From the NCBI GenBank assembly GCA_951406725.2, contig OX597816.1:11718001-11782000 (forward strand): DNA of 64,000 nt. Reading direction: 5' to 3'. Positions within the stretch are counted from its first letter, which is position 1. Every line of letters begins with the position of its first letter. The notes beneath the pieces were generated by a model. It did not search any database and had not been told where the DNA came from. It saw only the letters and a list, made by a program, of their open reading frames with translations. A program made the translations under genes and the position numbers. Source of the stretch: Octopus vulgaris. Its lineage: Eukaryota. Of the stretch, positions 1-12,886 are shown in pieces.

Positions 1-99
1 ACCCGGTTTTGGTTAAACTGCACCGCAAAATGTGGGAGTAGTTAGGAATCTAAATCGTAGGAGACAGACAGCACACAACCTTACTTTTATATATAAAGA
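1..99 (-). mobile_element. 5' end of a non-autonomous Helitron-like element (runs off the window start)
   Basis: Minus strand reads A|TCTTTATATATAAAAGTAAGGTTGTGTGCTGTCTGTCTCC...TTTAACCAAAACCGGGT. A TC start after a host A, followed by TATATAAAA and GTCTGTC, is the usual non-autonomous Helitron 5' pattern. Confidence 0.55.
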
Positions 100-159
100 T
101 AAACTCAAAGAGCAACTAGAAAGTGAAAGTAGTATCTAACTTAGGATATCTCATAGATA

Positions 160-545
160 GTGGTGGCAATGGTGTTGGAGGTGGTAGATGTGGTTATCAT
201 GGCAGTGGTGGTGTAGTGGTAACAGTGGATGATGGCAGCAATTATAGTGTTGGTGTTTTTGTAGAGGTGGTGGTGGTGGCGGCGGCAGTGGATGATAATG
301 ATAATGATGATGATAGTAGTAGTAGCATTGATTATGTTAGGATGTCTCATGGATGGTAGTGTTGAAGACATTGCAGAGTGTAGTGGTGGTGAAATTGGTG
401 ATTTTGAATATGATGCTGGTATTGGTCTTGGGGTTGTGGTTGCAGAAGATGGTTGTGGTGGTGGCATTGGAGGTTGTAGTAATGGTTGTGGTGGTGGTTG
501 TGAAGATGATTCTGATATTGATAGTCTTTGCATTGAGGTGGTGGC
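160..545. repeat. Degenerate (GGT/GAT)n low-complexity tract
   Basis: Imperfect GGT/GAT/AGT triplets; ORFs in all frames are low complexity. Confidence 0.8.
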
Positions 546-929
546 AGAGTCAGAGTAAATAATAAGAGCCCAGTTAACACAAGATTCTTAAAGTTCGGAG
601 ATCATAAGATAGAGAGCAAGAAGTTAAAAGTTCCAATACTGGCCCAATACCTACACCCCAGATTCTTCAACTATTTTATAAGAAAGGGGTTAATAGCAGG
701 ATAGGAATTCAGCTTTAAAATAAATTGTATAACAAAAGATACATAAATAAATTACTGCTCCAACGATGTAATTTTAGTATGTGTGTATGTATGTATGTAT
801 GTGTGTGTGTGTGTGTGTGTAAGCAATGCAAACAATGGAAAATAATTTAAACACTCATTTTCTGATTTCTAAGGATGGATATTTATGCGTATGAATCTTT
901 TTCTTTTTATTTTCTTTCAAATATAATTC

Positions 930-1289
930 TAGGGAACTGAAAAAGCTGTGTACGATGCCAAGCGAATTTAGCTGTTTACGATGAGCGGATGTTTACGTTA
1001 CAAACGAATCTGTAGGTCTGTTTACATGTTTACGTTAACTACGTCACAAAATAGCTGTTTACTTCACAGTAACAATATTTTGAGAGGCAGTAAATAATAT
1101 GAGGCCGAAAGAAAGAATATCATTGGTTAAAATTCGAATTATTAAACAACGTTAAACTTAGAAATTACAATTCCGTTTTCATTTTGGTTTACAATTATGT
1201 TTTCTTTTGACACATTCTACCAGTATACGAAGTTTCAAATTGTTTAGTTGACTAGGAAAATCTGGCCTTCAAACTGAAAAGATCCTGTA
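930..1289 (-). mobile_element. Probable one-ended fragment of a non-autonomous DNA transposon
   Basis: CpG-containing block. The right end reads TA|CAGGATCTTTTCAGTTTGAAGG on the minus strand (TA + CAG-type terminus). It has repeated TGTTTAC words; no partner TIR was seen. Confidence 0.3.
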
Positions 1290-1639
1290 TGTGTGTGTAT
1301 GTGTGAGTGTATCTATGTGTGTGTATGTGTGTGTAGTCATATATGCATACACACACACACACACACATATATCGCTACTCTTTCTCTTTATGTAATTGCT
1401 ATACCAATATATTCTATTTTAGAACTGTGTATTTCACACATGTGTAATGTGCGTGTGTACACACACACACACACATACAAACACACAAACACACACACAC
1501 GTATATACATACATGTGTGTGTGTGTGTGTGATTCTGAATACCATCTGCAAGCACACACGCATACACACACACGTATATATATATATACGTACATGTGTG
1601 TGTGTGTGTGTGTGTTTGTGTGTGTGTTTATGCGCGCGC

Positions 1640-1680
<41 letters not shown>

Positions 1681-2495
1681 TGTAGATAGTATTCAGAATC
1701 ACAAGCAATAAAATATTGGCTAAATACTACAGCTAGACAGATGAGCAGACATATTCCTTTTGTTATTGTCCCTCTCCATAGAGGCCACCACCACATAACA
1801 CACACACAATCACACACAATCACACACAGAACACACACACAGAAGGAGCAATAACCAGCTGGTACATCGGTGAATAGCTAAAAGGTATAACTTTAAATCA
1901 TACTTCAAAGTTAATATTGTTCACCAGGTCAGTACAGATGTAGTTAATCTAAAGGCAATGTCATGTCTTTTTCTACACAATCAATCTATCGCATTCTGTG
2001 TTCTTTCTTATTCTCTACGTAAAATTCCATACCATTTCTGTTCCCCCAGTTCTTTCCAGTGACCTATTGTAGTTCTTCCATTCAATTCCTGTTGTCACAT
2101 GTTGTAGCTCGAATGTGTCTGTCTTTGTTGCGGAATTTTCCAACATTTCTGCCACTTGAGATTTCAGAGTTTAGTCTCTGTCTCTCCCTCTTGAGATATG
2201 CCATTTTATTCTACAGCTAAGCGTTAGCGCTGTGTTGTTGTTGTTGGTGTTGTTGTTGTTGTTGTTGCTGTTGTTGTTGTTGTTACTTTCTTACTGACAG
2301 CTAAACTACATTTGTTCTGCTGAATTGAAAGACAAATGGGTTACTTGTGATAAATTCGAATTTAGTTGACTGCGTTTATTTTCAACGATTACAATGTAGA
2401 AAATATATATGAAAAAAAGAAGAAAAGTAAAACCTAAATGCCAAGCTTTGTTACTGTGTTGAGCTGTACAATATTATGGTACTCACATCATCGAA

Positions 2496-3082
2496 GGCAG
2501 CGAGCTGGCAGAATGGTTAGCACGCCGGGCGAAATGCGTAGCCGTATTTCGTCTGCTGTTACGTTCTGAGTTCAAATTCCGCCGAGGTCGACTTTGCCTT
2601 TCATCCCTTCAGGGTCGATAGATTAAGTACCAGTTACACACTAGGGTCGATGTAATTGACTTAATTCATTTGTCTGTCCTTGTTTGTCCCCTCTATGTTT
2701 AGCCCCTTGTGAGTAGTAAAGAAATAGGTATTTTGTCTGCCGCTACTTTCTGAGTTCAAATTACGCCGAGGTCGACTTTGCCTTTCATCTTTTCAGGGTC
2801 GATTAAATAAGTACCAGTTACGCACTGGGGTCGATGTAATCGACTTAATCCAGTTGTCCTCTCTGTGTTTAGCCTCTTGTGGGTAGTAAAGAAAAAGGTA
2901 TTTCATCTGCCGTTACGTTGTGAGTTCAAATTCCGCCGAGGTCGACTTTGCCTTTCATCCTTTTGGGGTCGTAAAATTAAGTACCAGTTACGTACTGTGA
3001 TCGATGTAATCGACTTAATCCGTTTGTCTGTCCTTGTTTGTCTTCTCTGTGTTTAGCCCCTTGTGGGTAGTAAAGAAAAAGG
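2496..3082 (+). mobile_element. SINE family A (tRNA-derived head, Meta/MESC-like core), with body triplicated in tandem
   Basis: Head GGCAGCGAGCTGGCAGAATGGTTAGCAC, B box GAGTTCAAATTCC and core GACTTTGCCTTTCATCC...GGGTCGATAAATTAAGTACCAG. The ~175-185 bp unit repeats three times. Confidence 0.85.
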
Positions 3083-3247
3083 TACTGACATCATCGTTTT
3101 GTATTAGGAAAAGAATTCTCGAAATAACAATTATTTCCTGGTGTTCACTTACTCTAATTTATGTCTTGGTGTTGGTGTGAGAAAAAATGAAGTTCAAATG
3201 AAATTGTGAAAATTATCATCTTTTTCTCTTTGTTTATTGTTTGTCCT

Positions 3248-3615
3248 TTACTTGATTTGATAACTGGACTGTTGCACTGCCTTGAAGGGTTTAGTCAAAC
3301 AAATCGAATCTAGTAATTATTTTAAAGCTTATTCTATTGGTCTCTTTAGGCTGAACTGCTAAGTTATGAGGATGCAGACAAACCAACACCAGTTGACAAG
3401 TGGTGGAGGTCAATAGACACACACACACACACTCACACACACATATATATGTATGATGGGTTTTCACACAGTTTCCATCAAACAAATCATTCATGAGGCA
3501 TTTAATCCGTTTGGAGCTATTGTAGAAAAACACTTGTCCAAGGTACCATGCAATAGGATTGAACCCGAAACCAGGCGGATGCAAAATGAGCTTCTTAACC
3601 TCAGCTATGCCAGAG
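3248..3615 (-). mobile_element. SINE family B (tRNA head, CORE-like box, GAGTAAAA-type tail), diverged
   Basis: Reverse complement of the family-B copies at 48245 and 59985. Confidence 0.75.
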
Positions 3616-3879
3616 CCGATATGGAAAATATTTTCTTTCTTTTCCAATGATAAAATTCTTTATTGAATATATTTGGCAACTATAATTTTAAGGAATAATT
3701 CATAGGATGCTCACAGAAGAGTGAGAATCCAAACAATAATATATCTATTCGTTTTTAATACATTCTGGCTGTTTCGAACGTGACTATCTATCATAAGTTC
3801 AACACAATAAACGATATGCCACCTGATTTCACAAGATATATATATATATATATATATATATTTATGTAGATGCTTATTG

Positions 3880-4196
3880 ATTTTTATTAAAGAAATGAGG
3901 TCACTTTTAACCTATCCAGAGAATATCGTATAAAGTGACTAAAAATGAAAATCCAAAGATTATTGCTGGTTCTATGAGAATATCATGTTTCCACCATTAT
4001 TAGGTCACTGAATGTTTTAAATAGGTATCTACCGTAAACTGCTTTACAGCGAAAGGAGTGGCTTGGTTACCAACCTCATGGTTCCGGGTTAAGTCCCACT
4101 GTGTGGCACCTTGGGCGAGTGTCTTCTACTATAGCCTCGAGCTGACCAAAGCCTTGTGAGTGGATTTGGTAGACGAAAACTGAAAGAAGCCTGTCT

Positions 4197-4251
<55 letters not shown>

Positions 4252-5760
4252 ATGTGTGTGTGTGTGTGTGTTTGTGTGTCTGTATTTGTCTCCCCACCAT
4301 TGCTTGACCACTGATGCTGGTGCCTTTATGCCTCTGTAACTTAGCGGTTTGACAAAGAGACTGATAGAATAAGTACTCGGCTTACAGAGAATAAGTCCTG
4401 GCATTGATTTGTTCAACTAAAGGCAGTGCTCCAGCATGGCCACAGTCAAATGACTGAAACAAGTAAAAGAGTGAAAGAGTAAAGAGATGATAATTCATTA
4501 TTTAGAGATTTAAGATTTACCATTTGATATAATTGAGGATATTATTATTTCTCTAATTCTTATGTATATTTTTCTTTGTAAATGCATACCTATGTTGATG
4601 AAACCAGCCTTTAAATTGGTTCATAGCTATACTAATATAATCAAGAACGTATTAGTTAATGCTATATCAACAGGAGCTGCATATATAACTAATATCTGCC
4701 TTCAGTTTACATACATTGAGAGCGACGATTGCATTTCCATATTCTATTGGTTGAGTTCCAAAGATTTAAACTTCTTTATTTTCTTATATTTAAAGAAAGT
4801 TACATTATTAGCAAACATTAATGTCGAGTAGCTTATTTTAAGCAGTCTTTAATTTAATTAAAGATTTTCATTTACTTATGTTCCAGGGATGAATGGTTTT
4901 GGCCTATCTTTGTAGTAAAATTTATCGAAAATGGTGGGTTATACCACAAATCTTCCGTTTATGGTTCCTCCTATTAACTTGCGTGTAACTATTATTTTTA
5001 ATGCTTTCTTTGAAACGACACGATTCCAGTGCATTGATGTGTACACTTGCTACTTTATTAAATGATTCTTCGTCATGCAAGATTACGGAAATTTGTTTGC
5101 GCAGTTTCAGGTTTTGGTAGGTTTTTAAGACTGTAATGTGGGTGGCTGTTCCTATCTAATATTGAATCATTAGGGTTAATGTAGCGTTGGAATTTTTCAT
5201 TAACAAGGTTGAACGTTACGTCTTAGAAATTGACTATCTCGAGATTAATACTAATGTAATCTTCAGGTTTAAGTCTAATACAACAATTTGGTTAAGTTCT
5301 TTTTGAACTCCAGCAGCCTGTTTATATTTCTGAATATTAAAAGATCGTCATCTCTATAATTTTCTCCGTTAATGATATGGAACTAATTGAGAATTTTATC
5401 CAAAATACATATCCTACTGAGGTTTGAAATTTCCGTAGAATCTCTGGCACCCAAGCTTACATCAAAGAGATCTGCTATAATGCTTTTTCCTCTATATGTT
5501 GTCATCAAAGCAAGGCATCGATATTCTAGCATGCTTTATTATTTGTATATCATTATTATATCAGATATGGTCATATGTAATTTTGTGATATCTTAGGCCC
5601 TTAGTTATAAAAGCGTTAGTGATGGATGGATAACAGTAAATTATATCAAAACTGGGTAATTGCATATTGTTGTTTAGCTTGGATGTGCATTTACCAGCAT
5701 AACTGATGTGCTCTTGTTTCAAAGTGTTAATCTTGGACTTGAGATAAAATAAACATTATC
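3880..5760 (-). mobile_element. Decayed Penelope-like retroelement (RT + C-terminal GIY-YIG), Naiad-like; interrupted by a SINE at 4055-4487
   Basis: Minus-strand translation with frameshifts gives, in order: FDIIYCYPSIT (~5650-5620), DLFDVSLGARDSTEISNL (~5470-5420), YRDDDL (~5358-5341), WYNPPFSINFTTKIG (~4946-4900), CNRRSQC (~4730), VIYAA and YISIAMNQFKGWFHQH (~4638-4590). Confidence 0.8.
4055..4487 (+). mobile_element. SINE family B inserted in the decayed PLE
   Basis: GGTTCCGGGTTAAGTCCCACTGTGTGGCACCTTGGGCGAGTG ... CAGCATGGCCACAGTCAAATGACTGAAACAAGTAAAAGAGTGAAAGAG, with an internal (TA)n(TG)n tract. Confidence 0.9.
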
Positions 5761-6371
5761 TTAGTATGCATAGATTCAAAAGCATTGATACCCACATACA
5801 CACCCGTTTACTACTTGAATGTAATAAACGAAGAACGGAACAAAAATATAATACAATATGTTAAAACTTCTATTAAAACCAAACGGGTTAAGCCACTCCT
5901 AGCAATAGGAAGCCGCTACATAGATAAGAGCAGAGAACTCCAGGACTTTGACCAACTTCTGTTCCCCACACTTTCCAAAGAGAATATTCTTCAAAATCTT
6001 CTGTAAAAACCTTCAGCTTTAGTTAAACCATGAAGAGTTCAACAGTTTCTGGGAAGTAATTCTTCAGTTATCTATGCAATTGCTAATGCGATTTTCATCC
6101 ACATCTATTTGTCCATCATCTCCTCCTAAGCATCTCTCTATCGTGTTCGTCCTCACCTCCTTAATCAGTAATTATTTGTTTTATCCTCTCTTAAATTCAG
6201 CATCAAATCAAATAAGCTGTTATTATCATTTCAAATAACCGTAAGGTTCAGGCATTTCTAAGAGATGAGCTTCTCTTTGTGAGGAATTTCTTATCTTTTA
6301 TACACTTTTATGTGGGTTTCATTCCTTCCTGTCCTTGCATTTTTTTCTATTATCATCTCTCCTAACTTCTA

Positions 6372-6606
6372 TCATCATCATCATCATCGTTTAATGTCTG
6401 TTTTCCATGCTAGCATGGGTTGGACGGTTCGACCGGGGTCTGGGAAACCAGGAGGCTGCACCAGGCTCCAGGCTGATCTCGCAGTGTTTCTACAGCTGGA
6501 TGCCCTTCCTAACGCCAACCACTCTGTGAGTGTAGTGGGTGCTTTTTACGTGCCACCAGCACAGGTGCCAGAGGAGGCTGGCAGCGGCCACGATCGGTTG
6601 GTGCTT
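6372..6606 (-). mobile_element. SINE family D (RTE-type segment, (GAT)n tail)
   Basis: Minus strand TGGTTGGCGTTAGGAAGGGCATCCAGCTGTAGAAA ... CATGCTAGCATGGAAAACAGACATTAAACGATGATGATG. Confidence 0.85.
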
Positions 6607-6765
6607 CACTCCTATATTTTTTCAATTTCTTTCCTCCCATTGCAGTAAGACCGTAGGAAAGAACTGATGGTCGTAGTTTATGGCCTGCTTAGTGCAAAAG
6701 GAAGGAACTCTTTGGCTTTTTGCTCCCCTATTTCAACGACCTCTGGTGACAGTGGTTTGGAAAAT

Positions 6766-6998
6766 GCGGCGAGCTAGCAGAAGCGTTAGCACACCGGGCG
6801 AAATGCTTTGCGGTACTTCGTCTGCCGTTACGTTGTGAGTTCAAATTCCACCGAGGTCGACTTTGCCTTTCATCCTTTCGGGGTCGATAAATTAAGTACC
6901 AGTTACGCACTGGGGTCGATGTAATCGACATAATACCTATGTCTGTCCTTGTTTGTCCCCTCTATGTTTAGCCCCTTGTGGGTAATAAAGAAATAGGT
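6766..6998 (+). mobile_element. SINE family A
   Basis: Full head, core and tail matching 2496-2730. Confidence 0.88.
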
Positions 6999-7811
6999 AT
7001 AGAAAATGGTTTAATTTTGTCTTTTGCTACTTGCAGAGACTCGTTAATCTTTTACTGAAGCTGCTCAAGGTTCGATTGTCTCATCTCCACTCTTTCGGTC
7101 AAGCACTTCGCATATGCACATATGATAGTATTCTTCACTTCACAGTAATCTTTTTATGACTTAAGCCATCATCCGTACATAATCTAAGTGCCTGATATCA
7201 CAGATGAATGACTTCTATGCTGTGTTAAATTAATTCGTTGCCAATGAACTGGAAACTTATTGCAGATCAATAATATTGAGGACAATTGATCAATGATTTA
7301 TGAAAAGGAACTTTTGATAAACTTACGATTTATTAACTTGGCTGAAACTCTGTATTTACCTCACTTTCCACCAAGAATTAATTGGGGCCTAATTATTATT
7401 TTGCTTTTATTTCTATTAATGTATCAACTCTGAGTCAGTTCACCAACAACGAAAGATATTTTAGTCTGGACCACTTAGCCTTGTCGCAACTATACAATAT
7501 CTGAGTCTACAAAGGCAACGTGTTTCACCAGAGATATGCAAACAAAGTTATTAATATCTGTTTTGTCTAAAAATATTGGTGGTAAGATTTGAAACCTTGA
7601 TGTTTCTGTTGATGGTCCAGCCAACCCTCTATGGACTCTGCCATTGACAACTCTCTACTTATAATGGAGGAATATATTTAAATAACTTAAAACTCGACAT
7701 CACGTCACTATTCTACATACATGGATTGGTTTGTGCGGGAATGCTTTCAACTCTCTTTTCACTTTCTATCTCTCTAAATATCTACCTCTTCTTTTTTTGC
7801 ATAAATACACT

Positions 7812-7872
<61 letters not shown>

Positions 7873-7997
7873 ACCGAAGCAAATTATATGTAAGTATATA
7901 TATATACATTTGTAAGTTTGTGTATGTGCACCAATATCTACACGGATATACCAATATATGTATGCATGTGTGTTATAGATGCAAATATGATATATAC

Positions 7998-8037
<40 letters not shown>

Positions 8038-8167
8038 ATATGTATGTTTGTATGTATGTATACATGTTCAAAAACTTGCATAAAATCACAGAGGAAAAAA
8101 GGAAAGAAGTTATTGCTACATAAAAGTGCTGCATTTATGTATATCCGAGAAGTAGTGTATTAATGTG

Positions 8168-8204
<37 letters not shown>

Positions 8205-8789
8205 CAGAGACAGTAGAAAAATGAAGAATGAAAGAAATAAAGGAAGATGGAAAGAAAGAAAGAAAGAGAGAGAAGAAATAAAAGAAAGAAAGAAAAGAAA
8301 AAGATCATGAAAGACAAAAGAGAAGAGAGCGAGACAAAACGTGTGCGAACGAACGGAACTCTTTTGCAAACCCACTGTACATCGTTTCTGCTGAGTGAAT
8401 GGAAAGCTAACTATACAGATAAACTGTGCTAACGACAATAGCCATATTTACAATTTAATGCAATTCATACCGAGAATTCTATTCATGCTTGCATATGCAA
8501 TTGCTTGATTTATCGCCTCACCTTTTAAACATTAAAGTTTATAAGTCCTTCATGAATATTCATTAGGCAAGATTTTATTGTAAGTCGAAAATGTCTAGTA
8601 TTGAAACAGTACAGGAGAGCCGTGCCTTTAGCATAATGGTAGCTATTACTATCGGCAAAATATCAACTTGCACCGTAAACGCATCTATATCGGATATTGG
8701 CATGTCTTAACTAACTGGTTTAGTATTGGATTTCAAAGGATGAAATAAAAGTTATGTGTATACATGGATGTGTGTGTGTGTTAGTCTAC

Positions 8790-8877
8790 ATCTCTCTCTA
8801 TCTCTCTCACTCTATTTACCCATCTCTCACTCTCTCTCTCTATCTCTCTATCTGTTGATTTATCTATCTATCATCTA

Positions 8878-8965
<88 letters not shown>

Positions 8966-8990
8966 ATCTATCTATCTATCTATCTATCTC

Positions 8991-9045
<55 letters not shown>

Positions 9046-9240
9046 CCCTTTCTATCTATCATCTATATATCTCTCTCTCTCTCCCTCTCTCCCTCTATCT
9101 ATTTATCTATCTATCTATATATATATATAGAGAGAGAAGGAGAGATAGATATATGTATATACGTATATATGTGTATATTTATGAGCATCTATCTATCTAT
9201 ATATATACACATGTATATACATATGTGTATATTTATGAGC

Positions 9241-9286
<46 letters not shown>

Positions 9287-9395
9287 TATATACATATATA
9301 TTTATATATATATTTATATATGTGCATACATGTCTATATATGTATGTAATTGTCTATCTATATATATATATGTTTATATTTATGAGCATATATGA

Positions 9396-9427
<32 letters not shown>

Positions 9428-9513
9428 GCATAAGTATATCTGTGTATATGCATATATATATGTATATATATATATAAGTATATGCGCATGTTACATATGT
9501 GTTCATACTTATG

Positions 9514-9549
<36 letters not shown>

Positions 9550-9610
9550 TATACATACACACACACATGTATATATGCAGAAATATGTGTGTGTGTGTGT
9601 GTGTGTGTGT
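8790..9610. repeat. Compound (TCTA)n/(TA)n/(TG)n microsatellite block
   Basis: Directly visible simple repeats. Confidence 0.95.
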
Positions 9611-9798
9611 TCTTTATGTTCATTTATTCTTGTGTGTATTAACCTATGCTTTGGATTAAATTTTCAATACATTTTTGCTTTGGCTGTAGATTTGGGAGAG
9701 GCATCAGCTCTTCAAATGTTACAGTGGAATATACTGCATTGTGTGTGTATGTGTGTGAGTGAGGGGTCTGTAGGTTTCTCTGTAAACTGATGGTTTGA

Positions 9799-10277
9799 GC
9801 GTTTATGTGCAAACTTCTGTGTATATAGGTGTGTGTATATTGGTGTATATCTGTGTATATAGGTGTGTGTATATAGGTGTGTGTATATAGGTGTGTTTAT
9901 ATAGGTGTTTATATGTGTTTCTATGTGTTTATATGTGTGTTTATATAGGTGCGTTTATGTGCAAACTTCTGTGTATATAGGTGTGTGTATATAGGTGTAT
10001 ATCTGTGTATATAGGTGTGTGTATATAGGTGTGTGTATATAGGTGTGTTTATATAGGTGTTTATATGTGTTTCTATGTGTTTATATGTGTGTTTATATAG
10101 GTGCGTTTATGTGCAAACTTCTGTGTATATAGGTGTATATCTGTGTATATAGGTGTGTGTATATAGGTGTGTGTATATAGGTGTGTTTATATAGGTGTTT
10201 ATATGTGTTTCTATGTGTTTATATGTGTGTTTATATAGGTGCGTTTATGTGCAAACTTCTGTGTATATAGGTGTGTG
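9799..10277. repeat. Higher-order minisatellite: 152/152/138-bp units built from 14-bp GTGTGTATATAGGT subunits
   Basis: The anchor GCGTTTATGTGCAAACTTCT recurs at 9799, 9951, 10103 and 10241. Confidence 0.92.
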
Positions 10278-10455
10278 CATAAATAAAAAATAATGTGAAG
10301 TTAACAGTGATGATGGCTTAGAAGGAAAATGATGTTGATGGAGGAAGATAAAATAGAGTGATGGTGGAGAGGCTGATGGTGGTTGTTCTATTAATGGAAT
10401 TGGTAAGGTCAACAAGAAGGAAGAAAGAGAGGAGTAAATATACATGTTTTATATC

Positions 10456-10815
10456 ATGGCACTCTGTCAGTTACGACGACGAGAGTTCCAGTTGATCCGA
10501 TCAATGGAACAGTCTGCTCGTGAAATTAACATGCAAGTGGCTGAGCACCCCACAGACAGGTGTACCCTTAACGTAGTTCATGGGGAGATACAGTGTGACA
10601 AGGATGGCCCCTTTAAAATATAGGTGCAACAGAAACAGGAAGAAAGGGTGGGAGAAAGTTGGGGTGAAAAAGTACAGCAGGGTTCGCTACCACCCCCTGC
10701 CGGTACCTCTTGGAGCTTTAGGTGTTTTCGCTTGCAATGCCTGGTCAGGGAATTGAAACTGCGATCCTACAACTGCGAGTTTATTGCCCTAACCACTAGG
10801 CCATTGCACCTCTAC
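10456..10815 (-). mobile_element. Chimeric SINE: family-C (tRNA-Arg-like) head joined to family-E tail
   Basis: 10625-10815 is the reverse complement of the 22190-type head and body; 10456-10612 is the reverse complement of the 15745-15905 tail. Confidence 0.75.
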
Positions 10816-11220
10816 TACCTGTTATATATATGAGAAAGAAAGGGGACAGGAAATATTATTATAAAAGTTTGATGGTATATTTCTGGTTTTTATTTGGTGT
10901 ATTGCAACCATGCTGGAGCACCACGTTGGAGGTGTTTCAAGCTTATTTTATCAATACCTGTTTGTATAATGGCTAAGTTATGGAACATAGGTATATGTTG
11001 CTGTTTTGCAAATGGTATCAAAATAAGAGAAACATGGAGACTAATACTGAAACAAATGCACACATACACACACACACACACACACACATGCATGCAATAC
11101 ACACACACACACATGTGCACAATGCACATACATACACACACACACACACACATACTGACAAATATACATATATTTCTATGCAAACACATACATATATAGT
11201 AAGCACCAGAATGGAGATGA

Positions 11221-12225
11221 AGGTGGTGAGCTGGCAGAATCGTTAGCATGCCGGGCGAAATACTTAGCGGTATTTCATCTGCCATTACATTCTGAGTTCA
11301 AATTCTGCTGAGGTCGACTTTGCTATTCATCCTTTCAGGATCGATAAATTAAGTACCAGTTACGCACTGGGATCGATATAATTGACTTAATCTGTTGTCT
11401 GTCCTTGTTTGTCCCCTCAATGTTTAACCCCTTGTGGGCAGTAAAGAAATAAGAATGGGAGTCATGGTATAAATTCTATTCCTTCATTGCGATCGTTTCA
11501 ACAATACATAGTTCAGCCACATCATGAATAGAAATAATAATTATGTAATAATGACTTCAAAATTTAGCACAAAGTCATCAATACTGCGGGGTGGGGAATA
11601 AATCAATTACCTCAAACCCGTTGCTCAACTGGTATTTAATTTATTGACCCCGGAAGGATAAAATGCAAAGTCGACATGGGCAGAATTTGAACTCAGAACA
11701 TAAAGACGAACGAAATGCTGCTAAGCATTTTCCCTGTAGGCTAATGATTCTACCAGCTCACTGCTTTATGATTATGCAATATTACAACATATTTCTTATT
11801 TCCTTATTGCCCACAAGGAGCTAACCATAGAGAGGGCAAACAAGGACAGACAAAGGGTTTAAGTCAATTACATCGACCCCAGTGTGTAACCGGTACTTAA
11901 TTTATCGATCTCGAAAGGATGAAAGCCAAAAGTTTGAACTCAGAACGTAGCGGCAGACGAAACACTGCTAAGCATTTCACCCGGCGTGCTAACAATTCTG
12001 CCAGCTCACCTAGTTTTAAGCACTAGCACAAGGTCAGCAGTTTTTTTTAGGGGAGGGGTCTGGTCAATTAAATCGACGCTAGTAATCGACTGGTACTTAT
12101 TTTAATTGGCATGCAAGAATAAAACGCGAAGTTGACCTTGGCTGAATGCTCAGAATGTAAACATGGATGTAATGCCACTAAGCATTTCATCCGGCATCGT
12201 AACAACTCTGCCAGTTCGCCACTTT
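11221..12225. mobile_element. Cluster of four family-A SINEs (11221-11453 +; 11560-11765, 11790-12010, 12015-12225 -)
   Basis: Each carries the GAGCTGGCAGAA head and/or the GACTTTGCCTTTCATCC core, or their reverse complements. Confidence 0.8.
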
Positions 12226-12560
12226 TAATAGTAATAATAATAATAATAATAATAGCAACAACAGCAACAGCAATAACGTATATTGACTAAAACAGCGATA
12301 ATCAATGATAAGGATGGTGGTGGTGGTAGTGGTGATGATGATGGTGGTGTTGATGATGATGTTGGTGGTGTTGGTGTTGGTGGTGATGATGATGGTGGTG
12401 ATGATGTTAATGTTGATGGTGGTGGTGGTGGTGATGATGATAATGTGCGAGCATGATGAAAAATATAAAGCTACAATCGAGGTGTTTATTTCTTTAATTG
12501 TTTCAAAATTTATTGATGGACATTTAATTATTTTCCTCACCTTTGATGTAGCAAATTTAG

Positions 12561-12641
<81 letters not shown>

Positions 12642-12886
12642 GTGCACACACACACACACACACAGAAGCAACAAACACATACACACATATATATAAATAC
12701 ACACACAAGTTCATATACACCCATACACACACAAGTTCATACACACCCGTACACACACACACACACACATACATTCACAAAGACACACAAATAGAAAATA
12801 TATTTGTATTTCTCAGTATCAACATTCAGTGCAATAAAAAATAAAAACCTGCTTGTTTACAGATTCTGAACTAATTCTGTATTAAT

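Noticed and set aside
123-580. Gly-rich and Pro-rich ORFs
   Set aside because: A degenerate GGT/GAT microsatellite that is open in many frames on both strands.
5900-7520. Possible highly decayed L1/Tx1-like LINE on the minus strand
   Set aside because: Only vague peptide resemblance; no diagnostic motif recoverable by eye.
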